A DNA stretch of 63,551 nt, counting the filler, from Ministeria vibrans ATCC 50519 (taxonomy: Eukaryota > Protista > Filasterea): NCBI GenBank assembly GCA_943704425.1. It is 8 parts of 8 records of this genome, joined end to end, with 100 filler letters (N's around TTAATTAATTAA, not from the genome) between each part and the next. Parts side by side here need not be neighbours in the genome. Positions count along the whole stretch, not along the records: positions 1 to 15,603 come from CALSCP010001583.1; positions 15,704 to 38,436 come from CALSCP010001497.1; 6 more parts are not named here. One strand, given 5' to 3'. This document shows positions 10,501 through 25,009 of the stretch, piece by piece. The translations under genes were made by a program, and so were the position numbers. Position 1 is the first letter of the stretch. Each line of letters starts with the position of its first letter. Below the pieces are notes generated by a model that made no database searches, was not told where the DNA came from, and saw only the letters and a program-made list of their open reading frames with translations.

Positions 10501-11069
10501 ATACATGCTATATATTTGAAAAGCGCCCTGCGACGCGCCCCTTCATGATCAGTCATTTTTCTTTCCCTGGACGTGTGTATCGTGACCATATCTAGGTGTC
10601 CATGGAGGCAGATCAGTCGGTAGGCGCGTCACTGTGGATCGTGGTTCGACGACCGTTGATTGTTTCGCGCGCAATTGTTCGCTTAATTTCTTTGGAACTA
10701 TGTATCTCGGTCAAATGTTGTCGTTTCATCTACTTAGTCTAAAGTCTGCACTTCCAGACTAACGCCTCTCCGTGACGCAACGAAGTGACCCTCAGTCTGT
10801 CCCGGTTCGATAAATTCGAATTCCGGACTTTGACCTGGTACCTCGTTAATATTTAAATCCGGATATCAAAAAAAGTCGCTCTAGGGGCTCGAAATGGCCT
10901 TGATTTAGCACCTAATACCGGAGATGACGACACAGTGGTCTCCGCGCGAAGAACAGGGGTTAAAAAGTGCTCAAAATCGAAGAAAAAAAATGAAATGAAC
11001 GAAAATTCTGAAACTCTTCACTTTCATACGATGATTTTTCATCGTATATCTCTCAAGTCTCACGTTGGA

Positions 11070-14000
11070 TCATTGGAAAAGATCGTCGTCAAGGTGCTCA
11101 ACAAACTCATTGTCCTCCTGCACTTGCGCATACAACAGGGCCGCCCGTATGCCAGCGGTTGATCGCCGGCTCCCGAGTGCCTTGGCCGCCTGGCAGGCCG
11201 GAGGCAGGCGGAGGTACTGCGCCGGAGTCGTCTGGCTGGCAGCCAGCGCCACCTTCGACTGACTCAGGTGCTGGAGACTGCGTGGGCGGTTGACGTGGAG
11301 CATTTGCCGGTACCCCGCGTCGCATGCGTCGCCGATCATCTTCGAGAATGCCACAGACAGATTGCACGGCGTCGCCCTTGACACGATCCAACTCCTCGCT
11401 CGTCAGCTGCGTGCCCCCTGAAATCCAGTTGGCAGGTACAGCCTTGCACACGGTGATAACGGCCGACAGAGTGATCTTTGGGCGCCCGACCACCGTGCGA
11501 TCCACGCGGTGCTGGCGCGCCAATTTTCACAGTGTCCTCTCCACTCGTCTCAATCGCGTGAGACCGCCACATAAGTGCCCTCTCGAGATCTGTTTTGTCC
11601 AGCGCCACACTGCCCTCGGCGAGCTCCGTGTCGAGGTATCCTGACATCTCCCTGTAGGCAATCATCACGGCCTCCCTCGTCGTCGTACCCGCGTCCAGTG
11701 ACACACGCGTCAACGCTCACCGATTTTACCGAGCGTCGGCCGGCCTCTTCCGCTCCACCTGCATTGATGCCTTTCTTTGTCATGTGCACGACTGTCCCGA
11801 AGCCAATGCGAAACGTTTTCGCGCCTGTTGCCCGCGCCGCGGCGTCGCTCTCAACGTCAAACAAAATCGCAATGACGCTTCCCAGACGCAAAACGTTGGT
11901 TTGCGAGCGCGCGAGTACACGCAGCTCCGCCCGCACCCGCGAGAGTCGGTCCGCTGATGAGTGAGTGGACACCTTCTCGCTGAGCGCACGGTGGAAATCT
12001 GCACACCATTGCATCTTCAGCGGCCCTTTCTTGTCATTCTCGAAGAGAAGATAGGCACTGTCGTCGCGTTCAGTGCAGCCTGGGTCAGCCGCATCTCCCT
12101 CCGGCGCGTCAAAGTCCACCGAGCCGCGTGCCCCAGCTCGCCCACCCACTAAACATTGAGCCGTCTCCATGCCTGTCAGCAATGACATCACGTCGATTCG
12201 ATTGTCCTGGGACGTGTGCAGGTGTGTCGCGTCGGGCACGTTGGCATCGGCCGTCGGCGTCTGGCTGTACAACGCGTCAAGGTCGTCGCCGAGCACACCA
12301 TCGTCATCGTCGTCGTCATCGTCGTCGTCATAGGCGTTGGCGGCGGTGTCGCCCGCTTCTTCGGCACCGTCGCCTTCTTCCGGCGCTTGAGCTCCGAGAG
12401 CGAGCGCAATCACAACCGGTTGGCCCAACGTCTGGTCATCACGCATTGTGCGCAGATGCACCGCCAGCTGCTGCACATCGCCGCCGAGACAACTGCGAGC
12501 AAGCAGTCGCCCATGTTGACATCCAGCAGCAAAGCCGTAGTTGAGTTCGGCGACAAGGGAGGCGACAAAGTCGTTGTTCCACTCGCGCAGTGCCGTAATG
12601 AGGCCAGGCATCGACTCACTCGACTCCCATTCTCGCGCTGGCCACCAGTCGCCACAGACTGCACTACACAGCCGATCCCACTCAAACTGCCGTCCGCTGT
12701 TGCGACCTCGCTGCACAAACAGCTCCACAGCTCCGAGATGCCCTTCAACGTCGTACTGGCGCCCAAGCGAGGACATGAGTGCCGACAACACGTTCAGCGC
12801 GTCCCTACCGGTCACATCCGACGAGTTGCGATGGCCAACGCGAATGTGGCGGAATGTGTGCTCCACTGGGTCACTGCAGAGCTGACGATCCGCGTCGATG
12901 AACAAAATGGCGTCGGCACCGCAGCAAAGAGCCAAATGTACAAGTGCTGCCGCAAAAGAGCCGACGCAACGCAGCATGTCATCGAGCGTCTGCGCAGTGT
13001 AGAAACTGGGGCCGGGTCGACGAGCTGCTCGAAGCTTCGTCAGACTACCCCACACAAGGCCGCACCGCCAAAGTCGACCACGAACGCTCAGTTTGCGACT
13101 GGCAAACGCATCAACAAAAAAGCAGTGAATGGCGACCATCGTTAGCGTGCCGCACAACGGCACACCCTGTAGGAAGGCGCCCGATGAATCCGCTGCGTCA
13201 ATCAGCGCGCCGAGCAGCGCCGGAGAGGCACGTACAAGCGCACGCGTGACTGACTGGCGATCGCCGTGCAGGGGCAGCGCCTCGCGCGTGACCACGCTCG
13301 GGAACATTGCCAAGATGGCAGGACACACGGGTTGGTCACCAAAGTAGATGAGTTTCGACGAGTCGAACATGCAGGACGCGCGCTTGATCACGTGTCGCCA
13401 GTCCTGTCGATGAACGAGGCCAAGAACAACGGCCACAGGATCGACACGCGCGCCAAAGAGGCCGTTGCAGTGCGGAACGAGACGGGCCACTTGTTCGACT
13501 TGAAGCGCAACAGTGTCGTGCGCAACGCCGACCCCGCCGTCCGACCGTCGCTCGTCATGCCACGCTCGCAAGCGCTTCTGGCAATCATCGACGGTGTGCT
13601 TGATCAAGCGGCCGCGCAGCTGAATCTGCGTCTTGGACACGGCCACGCAGCGTGCATCGCCGTCGGTGTGCACGCCCTGCACAATGATGTTCGGCACCGA
13701 CAGTTGCAGCAGGTGTCGAATGCGCTCGGCGAGGTGCCGATGCGCATCCGCATCAAAGTTGTTGGCCGAGAAGACGGCAAAGAGCGGAATGGGGCTCGTC
13801 AAGCGCTGGGTGTGCAGTTGTGGGTGAAATACAACGGGCTGCACGGTGACGAGTGTGAGGTGAGTTGAGAAACCCCACCCGGACGAAAAATCGCCCGCTG
13901 TGTCGTCGACGGCCAGCACCTCATCGCGCAGGCGTTCCGCAGCTTCCACCGTCTCCGGTATGCCAATATGCACACCAAGATCACCGTAGTTTGGAGATCC

Positions 14001-15126
14001 GGCATTCTTGCCGACGGCGTCCGCTTGCGCACTGACGAGGACGTACCGAGCACCGTTCACGCGGATTGTGTACGGCTGAACGCTCGGACGCAGGTTCGTT
14101 TGGTCGATCGCGATGCTGTAGGGCACCAGCAACTCGCTGCCGCCTAGCTTGGCGGCCACCTTGGCTGCCTGCTGGAGCACAATCGGCGCAATCATCCTCA
14201 TATGTTGCTCGCCAACGCCAGGGATGACCTAATGTAGCAGAAGATTGTTAGTCTGTTGGTATTTTGGGTGCACTTTTGTGCACTGCAAGACCATGTTTAC
14301 CTTCACGCTCGCAAATTTCTTTCGGTAACGCTCGATTGTCGGCAGACTGATGTTGGCGATAAACGTGCGCACCATGGTGAGGCCGAGGCGGGGGCCTGCG
14401 AGCTCAACAATCTGGGCCGCCGTCGCTTGAACGAGAGCAGGGTAGAGCCACCCTTGAGGGCGCTTGCCAGAGTGGTTATCGATCATCTCCAGCAGTAACG
14501 TGAGCTATTCCCGCTTCCGCTCCCGATCGCCGCGCTCACCGTCTGTGCCAGGCTCAGCGACACGGATTTGATGACGCATCATCGCCCGCGCCTTTCTCTT
14601 CCTGGAATTCGCACGCTCCTTGGGTGCCGCATCTTCCCATCGACGCTGGCCTTGAACTTCTTGAAATGCTGCAGCAGGTTTGACTTGACTTTGGCAAACA
14701 GCCCCGTGTTGTTGTTCGACTTGTTCGCAAATGTGAGGAGCCGATTGCACTCGGCGCACGTGGTGCGTGAGGAACTGGAGAGCTTCGTGCGGTCGACGTG
14801 GCCCAGACAGTGTGGATGGCGTAGGTACTCGCGAGCGTACACCTTGTCGTGCCAGTCTTGCAAGCCATCAGTGTTGACATGCAGTGTGAACAAGCTGGTT
14901 TTGTCGCGCGCTGCGAAAGCAACCGGGCTCAGAGTGTCTGTCGTGGCGAGGTGCTCAGCGAGAAACCCGTGCAGCTCAGAGTTCTTGGGCTCCTTTGCGG
15001 CCACCTGGGCCAATGAGATACCGAGGCAACGCCACTTCTCCGGTGGCCGCCGCGGTGGCGGCAGTGGCGTTGCTGTCGCTCCGCCCGCTCCGCCGCCACC
15101 TCCTGTTGCTGCTGGTGCTGTTGTTG

Positions 15127-15180
<54 letters not shown>

Positions 15181-15574
15181 TTGTTGTTGTTGTTGTTGTT
15201 ATTGTAGTCGTTGTTGCTGCTGCTGCCATCGGTGCGGCCGTCTCCTGCTTGAAGTAGCTGGCAAACTGGCGCTGACGCTCCTTGAGCTCAGGAGTCATCT
15301 GTGTTTTGTCACCAACAGTACCCATCTTCTTGTGCTGGGAGTGACAATGTGAGACAATGGAGCCGAGGACGAGAGTCTGTCGCCGAGAATCTCGTCGAGC
15401 GGAGAATGGGTGACGGCACAGTCCGCACTGAATGACGATTGTGTTGTCGGAGAAGGTCGTGATATACAGACGCTTGGGCAGCGACAACGGAGCAATCGTC
15501 TTGGCGAGGAGCTTGTCAAACTCCGCTCGCTCTGCGGCTGTCGATGGTGCAGATTCGTCGCCCGACGACTCCAC
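11070..15574 (-). mobile_element. P-element-superfamily DDE transposase, inactivated
   Basis: IAIDQT, HTDGD, DWRHVIK (DxxH), DRQSV and SDPVEHTF..IR motifs. N-terminal Zn fingers (CGLC..H..H; CAEC..H). Intron 14229-14300. Frameshift at ~14637, in-frame TAG at 14505-14507, and further frame switches below 11710. Confidence 0.8.
15107..15225. repeat. (GCT)n/(GTT)n trinucleotide repeats (poly-Ala/poly-Thr in the transposase)
   Basis: Directly visible in the sequence. Confidence 0.9.
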
Positions 15575-15647
15575 GTCGAAAATCGTCGGCTTGTCGGGGG
15601 CCGNNNNNNNNNNNNNNNNNNNNNNNNNNNNNNNNNNNNNNNNNNNN

Positions 15648-15659
15648 TTAATTAATTAA
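15648..15659. other. Artificial contig linker TTAATTAATTAA (also at ~38481, 52551, 54560, 56118, 59819, 61106)
   Basis: The same 12-mer, a stop in all six frames, sits between similar-length N runs each time. Confidence 0.97.
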
Positions 15660-15703
15660 NNNNNNNNNNNNNNNNNNNNNNNNNNNNNNNNNNNNNNNNN
15701 NNN

Positions 15704-15734
<31 letters not shown>

Positions 15735-15747
15735 CCGCGTTTGCAGG

Positions 15748-16266
15748 CAGTTAAGTTTCGCTCTTTCCTGCACTCGCGCTCTCATCATCTTGCATCGCAA
15801 ATGTCGAGCTTCCCTTCGCCTAAAGCCGAGAAGATTATCGAGAAGTACGGAGCCGAGTGGGTCAAGCACAACATCCGCCAGTTCTCGCGCATCTACCCGG
15901 GTCGCTTCTTCATTGACTCGCAAAATTATCTGCCCCACCTACAATGGGCCGCCGGAAACCAGCTCGTTGCGCTCAACTACCAGACTTCCGACTTGTACGG
16001 TGCAAACACGAAAAAATTGCTGCTCCTCCTCCTCATCACACTAATGTACTCTTGTTTGTTGCCTTTTGTAGGGGAATGCAACTCAATCGGTTCGGCCGTT
16101 TTACCTTTTTTTTGTACTCGACTCACACCTATTCATTTTTAGAGCAATGTTTGGGCAGAACGGGCGCACAGGATATGTGCTTAAGCCACGCCCAATGCGT
16201 TTTGCAACAAACTTCAATCCCAATGCAATGACACCCATTCCTGGCGGTACTACACGCACCAAACAC

Positions 16267-16314
<48 letters not shown>

Positions 16315-17018
16315 CTCATACTATTGTTTTGTTTTTGTAGTGGAAGGGTTCTCATTGCGGATTGAGGTGATTTCCGCACAGCATCTGTCGGCTGCCACAA
16401 ACATTGCTATTGAGGTATCGACGTACGGACTGCCCACCGACACGCGCACGTTTACGACGGAACGCGCGACGCCCAACAAGCTCAGACACACTGCCAACTG
16501 GACTGCATCCGACGCAAACACCTTTATTGTGGACCAGGTGAGATTTTTACTATATAACCTCCGATCAAAATTCACACAATGCTTTTTTTTCTGTATTGTA
16601 GCTGCGTCTACCGGAGCTTGTGATGGTGCGCTTTGCGGTGATGGAGAGCAGCATTGGGGCCAAGAAGGGCAAGGAAAAGGGCAAGCAGAAGAAGAAGCCG
16701 TCGCTGGGGCAGCGCACGCTTCCCTTTGCCGCCCTGCAGCCAGGCTATCGCCACATCCCACTTGTCCTCGACAGCAACGCACCCATCATCACTACCCTCT
16801 TTGTGCGTGTCGTCAAGACGTCTCTAGGAGTGTAAGACGATCTACCCTCTCAATCTCACCCAATAAATGTGTCCCCTGCCCCTTCTTAGAACTCCTGGCG
16901 GCAGTGGTCCTCGTGCCGACCGTGACAGCAACTCCATTCCCGCTAACGTGGCGCTTTCGCCCGTCGCCCCTCGTCGCTCTACTGACCCCAAACGCTCCAC
17001 TTCCTCACTCACCAGTTA
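15748..17018 (+). CDS. PLC: Phosphoinositide phospholipase C, 3' part (Y box and C2 domain), multi-exon
   Basis: FSRIYP..DSQNY.P, QLVALNYQT and the spliced DLGMQLNRAMFGQNGRTGYVLKP. C2 motifs LRIEVISAQHL and LQPGYRHIPL. Confidence 0.92.
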
Positions 17019-17078
17019 GAAGGCACAGCTGTGCGGCACACTGGGGGAATCAAAATACAACAATCCAAACTACTTTTT

Positions 17079-19207
17079 TTACAATTTATCTTTCACAATG
17101 GGAGGCAGTACAGGAGTGCTCTTGGTAGGTAGGGGAGAGAGCTTGGTCGTTGAGGGAGGAGCGGACTTGCGCTTGGAGAGAAGAGCCTTGTCCTTCTTGC
17201 GTCGGCTGCTCGTGGAAAGATCGTTGGCGGACATGCGGAAGCGGAGGGTCTCGTTGGGCATGAGCAGGCTGACTTTTCGATGGCGAACTGGAGGAAGTGC
17301 AGGGGGAGCGTATGGGGAGCGGGGGGTGGCTGGGGGAGACGGGGGGTGAATGTGGATGTGGATGGGCAAATTGGGCTCTTCAAAAAAGTCGTTGTGGGTG
17401 CGGAGAAAGCGTGAGGGGGCGTATGCATACGGAACGGAGTGCAGTTGAGAATGAAGAAAGGCAGTGATGATGTCGCTTGCAGCCTGGATGGCGCTCGCAC
17501 TAGGTCTCGTACTGTCACAGTCGGTGGAAGTTGAGCTCGATGACGTTTCAGCGACTAAAAGGGTGTGTGTGAGGCGCTGCATGGTTGATTGCCACTGACG
17601 ATTCAGGTAGTGCATGGTGAGAGTGTGTTGGCGAACAGCGTGTTGAAGAATGTGGCTTGGTGGAGACGATTCCTTGACGTGCAGTGTGGCTGCCAGGGAG
17701 CGCGCAAGGAACGGAAGTGAGACGGCAAGTTTGAAGGAGACGTAGCGTTCAAAGAGAGTAGGATGGGCGGTGGAGAGCAGACACAGCTGCGTGTCATGGA
17801 GGTATTGTCCAGTGAGTGCCGACACCAGAGAAACAAAGGCTGTGTGCTCGGGTGGCATTGCTTTCGAAAAGTTGCCTGCATTATCATTAATACTAGTACT
17901 AGCTGTAGTAGTGGGCTCAGCAACTGAAGAATTCAAAGAAGACGACGTACGGATTGGCGCGCCATTCAGAATGGCAACGGTGGCAGAGGCGGCAGCACAC
18001 ACGAGCGCGTGCTCGTGTTGTGTGCTCAGTCCGAGAAAGTCGCCGGCGTACACACTGGTGGTGCCCAGCCAGGCAGGGCCACTAAAGGCAGGTGTCCATC
18101 GGAGGATTTTGTGCTCGCCATGCCACTCGGTGCCCTCTTTGTGGCAAAACGGTGCGATTAGACGGCCCACCGTCACGTGCTCATCGACAGTCCTGCGAAA
18201 CAACTCTTCTGCCGTCGTGAACAAGAACATTGGTTTGTGCTGAACAACAATGTGCAGCGTGACCGTGTCGTCGTCAATGGGAGTGATGGTGAGCCAGCCG
18301 TGTGGAAATGCGCAGAGGTGAACTTGAAGCGCACTCCGATAATATGTATAACTCGTCGAACCTTCCAACTGACTCTGATCAGACGTACTATCATGGCGTC
18401 GCACAAACGTCGACCATGCAGTGGCCGCATTGGCAATATTGTCTGGGAGTTTCTTGGGAACTTTTCGCAGATGTCGCGCCATGGCAAGAGTTCCTCGCGA
18501 GGCGTCCACAAGAAGGCGTCCTGTCAATTTCCCGCGCCGCTTGTCATTGTCACAGAGCACCACAGCCAACTCGCAACCAGTCTCGTCATCAATGCGACTT
18601 TCGTCAAGCAGTACACGATGATGACGCACGTGGTGAAAAGCACCGGTACCCGTGGCCCGGAGCATTGTCAGCAGGTGTCGTCGAAGACGAGAGGTATCAA
18701 GCAAGCGAAACAAGTCAACAATATTGTGCAGTGTTGTGCGTGTGGAGTGCGTATCATCTTCCCTCGAGTGTTCCACGACGACTTCAGCGGGGCGACTGCA
18801 CGCATCAAGAACCTCCTTGCCAACACCAAGCACTTCGAAGAGAGACGTGCTGGCGAGTAGCTGGGGCGTTGGCGGAGTCGACGGAGTTGGCATTTCAACG
18901 ACGCACACTGAGGTGCCCGCCCGAAGCAGACGCACCGCCAGTGCAAACACAAGCGCAATATCGCTATCCCCTAGGACAACTACGTCCGCAGCGACTGCCG
19001 CCTAGTCCAGAGACAGAGACAGAGACAGAGGAGAGAGAAAATTGTGAAAAATAATAACAAAAATTTCCATGACAACCGTTCACGTACTGCCTTGTCTAAT
19101 GGCGCAGCTGGCCTTCCGTTTGCTAGCATAGACTCTGTTTGAACTAAAGCGGGTAAGGACGGAGGTGGTGCGCGTCGGGGGTTGCCCGAGCGTTTCCAGA
19201 ACGGCAT
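17079..19207 (-). CDS. Hypothetical protein (two exons; possible START-like segment)
   Basis: 623-aa ORF plus an upstream exon starting MPFWKRS. The domain call is weak. Confidence 0.6.
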
Positions 19208-19340
19208 TGCAAAAAAAAAAAAAAAGAGTATGCCAAAAATTAAAGTATTTTGTCGTCGTATTCATCCTTGACACTGACTGTTAATTCTCTTTTGATCTCT
19301 TGACTCTTCATTGTTTTTTTTTAAAAAAAAATTACTCAAG

Positions 19341-20058
19341 ATGGGAACAGTGATTGAAAACGGTACGGCAGTATGTCCGGGCACGCGACTGGCGCGTGCG
19401 TCGGAAGTCTCGAGCGGCACAGGCACGTATGTGCGCGGCCGATGGATTCACGCGATGTGTCTGGGCTCGGTGCGCATCGACACCGCCGCGGGCACCATCC
19501 AGGTGGAGCGCAGTGGTGATCGATCGCCTGTCCCCCAGATTGGGGACGTTGTGACTGCGCAGGTATCCGTGTGGGCCGTTGCGACGTGTTCTTCTCCTCT
19601 CATCATGCTCTCCGCTTCATCCCTTGCTCTGCCTCAGGTTGTCAGCGTCACAGTCAAGCTGGCGCGAGTGACCATCATTTGCGTTGGGCTCCAGCCACTG
19701 AAGAACACCACATTTCGAGGAATCATCAGGTAAAGCGAAAATCGTGTGTTTCTTTCTTCTCTTCTCGCTTTGACTTGATGTGTCCCTCTCTTTCTGTAGA
19801 TTACAAGATGTGCGCGAACACGAAAAGGACAAGGTTGAAATGAGCGGGAGCTTCCGGCCTGGGGACGTTGTGCGCGCCAAAGTGCTGTCGCTCGGTGACT
19901 CGCGCTCGTACTTTCTCACGACTGCGGAAAACACTCTCGGTGTGGTTGCGGCGACGAGTGCCTTGGGCGCTCCTATGGTTCCTGTCAGCTGGTGTGAGAT
20001 GCGATGCAAGTCGTCGGGAGTGCGTGAGCGAAGGAAGGTTGCCAAGGTCGTCGAATGA
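19341..20058 (+). CDS. EXOSC1: Exosome complex component Csl4
   Basis: VCPGTRL..SGTGTY, PQIGDVVTA, FRGIIR.QDVR, SFRPGDVVRAKVLSLGD and ERRKVAK. Three exons. Confidence 0.95.
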
Positions 20059-20222
20059 GTGTGTGTGTTTGTTTGTAAAGTTGCTGTTACGTATCGGTTT
20101 CTCCTTCTCTCTCCCAAAGTTTTTTATTTATTTATTTATGTATCTGTGATCTGTGTGTACATGTGCGTGTACATGTGTCGTCTATGCGTGTAGTGCTCAG
20201 TTTAGTGTACAAACGTTGGGCT

Positions 20223-21107
20223 TCAGGCCTTCATGGCTAGCTCAATACGCATGCAACGATGCTCCTCGTCGACCGACAAGTACCCGCCACGCTTCTTCTC
20301 CTGGCACAGCATCTCGCGATACATATCCGCCATTTGTCCCTATGCAAGAAAACGGATATCTGAGAGTAAGGGGCCCAAAGTGGGTGGGACGCGAGAGCGA
20401 ACCAGAGTGCGCAAGCGGACTGCGTGTGTCGGCTGCTCCATCTCCAGATTGTCATGGCGGTCCCAGTTTCGCAGCGTATCCTCGCGTATCAACATGATGC
20501 GAATCTACTCTCAATTGGCATGGCAGAATAGTGAGACGTGTACGCAACAGTGCCAAAAAGAGCTTTGCTGCAGCATATACACACCTTGTCAAAGTTGATG
20601 GACGGTCCGTCTTCGCGTGTGATTCCAAACACATATTTGCGCCGTATCACTTCGCTGCGTTGCGCTGCCGAGTCATGTCTACCCCCGTCAAGCATGTCTG
20701 CATACAGCATTCCCGACGAGAATTTACTCGACAGCTTGTTCTACAAGAATAATTCGTGTGCATCACAAGTCAGTTGAAGTCAGTTGCATGAAATATGTCC
20801 TTACCATGATGGTCGTAAGAACAAACCACGAGTCACCGTCGTCAAAGCGTAGAAAGGGCTCGTTGGCGTTCGTCTTCTTGGCGGCCGCCAACACAATGTT
20901 TGCCAGCTTGGCATTGTGGAAGATGTCTCCAAGATGATACTCATCAAGTGTGCGGATGATGAGACGCCCGCGCGGGAGCGAGTTGAGACTGACGTTGACG
21001 CGCGTGAGAAAGTTTCGATCACGCCACGACTTCCATGCTCGTGCGTAGGCAAACCCACCGGCAATCGAGCCACCAAGAATGCTGAGAGTGAGACGAGATG
21101 TTGTCAT
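20223..21107 (-). CDS. Conserved hypothetical membrane-anchored protein (4 exons; may extend to 21458)
   Basis: Spliced reading: WRDRNFLTRVNVSLN..IRTLDE..|NKLSSKFSSG..YVFGITRE..K|IRIMLIRE..HAVRLRTL|GQMADMY..MKA*. Confidence 0.7.
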
Positions 21108-21514
21108 GTCACACAGTCCCACTCGACCCGTTGAGATTGCACGCAAACGAGGGCACAGATTCTGCACGGCCGGCTCCCTGCATGGTGTAGGGTGCACTCG
21201 TGTAGCGAATACCTTAGCAAGCGAGGTCCCCCGAGGGCCTCCATTGTGAAATGTCGACGAGGTTGGTGGTCTGAGGGAGCACCGATCATTCCCACGACTC
21301 GAGCGCCACACGACCGGATACATGCGCTCGTCACCGGCTGTAATCGAGCTACACCACGTGTGATCATCATAGTGCTCGGCAACACAGAAGTTGATTTGCG
21401 ACTGGAGTGTGCGATCAAAAAGGGAGATGAAAAAATGTGCGACAAGTTCACTTTGCATTTTTCATGTAATTAGTCCTTTTTAATCACTCATCATTTTTGT
21501 TGATTTTGTAACGA

Positions 21515-22593
21515 ATGTCGTGCTGGGGCATCTGGCAATGCATCACGCGATGCGCAACGGGCGGGACCGACGGAGATGACACAAACTCGAAACAAAATTT
21601 GAACGAAGGCGAAGAGACTTCAAACGTGATGCTGGACATGAAACATATGGGTACGACACGCGCCTCTTGCCAGCCATCATCCCTCCTTGCTGTTTTTTTG
21701 GTACTGCTACTTTGAAAAGACCAAAAGATTGCGTTGAAAGTTTTTTTTTTCTTTCCGTTCAAATTTTGAGTGTGAGTCACTCGGTCCTGTGCGTCCCCTC
21801 CCTCTCCCCTTACACATGTGGTTGGGCGTGAACGCAACAAGACAGCAGTGTTGATTGCTGCGCTTCCGACGCCTGTGGACCTGCACAAACACTGATGGTG
21901 GTGTGTCGCTTTGCGTAGGAACGGAATGCGTCGTGGTTAAGGCCGGGAAGCGGCTGTGCGGCACCGGCTGCTGTCTAGCGAACGCACCGATTGTGCAGGA
22001 CAAGGCCTACTTTGAAATCAAGGTTCAAGCGGGCGGCATTTGGGGCTTGGGACTGGCGACGCGCGCCACTGAACTCGAAACGGTGCCGCTGGGCGCCGAC
22101 GCCACCTCGTGGGTTCTGCGCAACGACGGGGCAGTCTATCACAACGGCGAGTCGGTTGGCAACACACATACAGATTTTGAAGAAGGCGACATCATTGTAA
22201 GCGAACTGTGGTGTAAAACTACTGTGGTGTAAAACTGTGGTGACTGCGTGTGTAAAACAGTGGTGTAAAACTGCGTGTGTAAAACTGTGGTGTAAAACTG
22301 TGGTGTAAGACTGCGTGTGTGTTTGTGAAACTCCTTATTGCGTCTCAACGTCTCAACTTTCTGTCTTCTCATTGTGTCGTCGATCTATATAGGGGTGCAG
22401 CTACGACCATGTTCAGCTTCAGTTCTTCCACAACGGACGCAACCTTGACGTACCCGCGTCGGGGTGTCGCGGCAAGGTGTACCCCGTCTTCTATGTGGAC
22501 CAAGGGGCCATCTTAGATGTGCACTTCTCGGCCTTCACTGCGTCTCCTCCGTCGGGCCACAGTGCCATCATGATTGAACAGAACATCTTGTAG
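21515..22593 (+). CDS. SPRYD7: SPRY domain-containing protein 7
   Basis: RLCGTGCCLANAPIVQDKAYFEIKVQ..G.WG.G; GDII|GCSYDH; VYPVFYVDQGAILD. Confidence 0.93.
22206..22320. repeat. Intronic minisatellite (TGTGGTGTAAAAC variants)
   Basis: About 7 imperfect units in SPRYD7 intron 2. Confidence 0.85.
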
Positions 22594-22683
22594 CTGTACA
22601 CTAGTAATTATTATTTTTATATTATTGCTCTCCCTTCTTTCTCTTCTCTCTTTTGACGTGCTTTTCTTCCATCGTTTCGAATC

Positions 22684-24735
<2,052 letters not shown>

Positions 24736-25009
24736 CGGCGGAGTGTGCGAGGGGCGCGGACGGCGGGACACGCTCGGGGATGCGCGCCAGGCGAGCCTCA
24801 CAAGAACCCCAACGTCGACTAATGCACGTAGTTATGCAACTCGAAAGCGCCTCAGCGTAGTCGATCGAGAATCTGCAGAAAGTGAGTGCAACTTGAAAAA
24901 ATCTGATCTGATTCTGATGAAATTATAATTATTATTGGTTTGTTTCAATTCAATTATCCGTATTAACTATTAGGCATTAACTTTCCGTATTAAGTACAAC
25001 TGCAGCGCC

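Noticed and set aside
15648-15659. Recurrent TTAATTAATTAA palindrome
   Set aside because: It is an assembly spacer within N runs.
22206-22320. CRISPR-like array
   Set aside because: The units are short, with no unique spacers and no cas genes. It is an intronic minisatellite.
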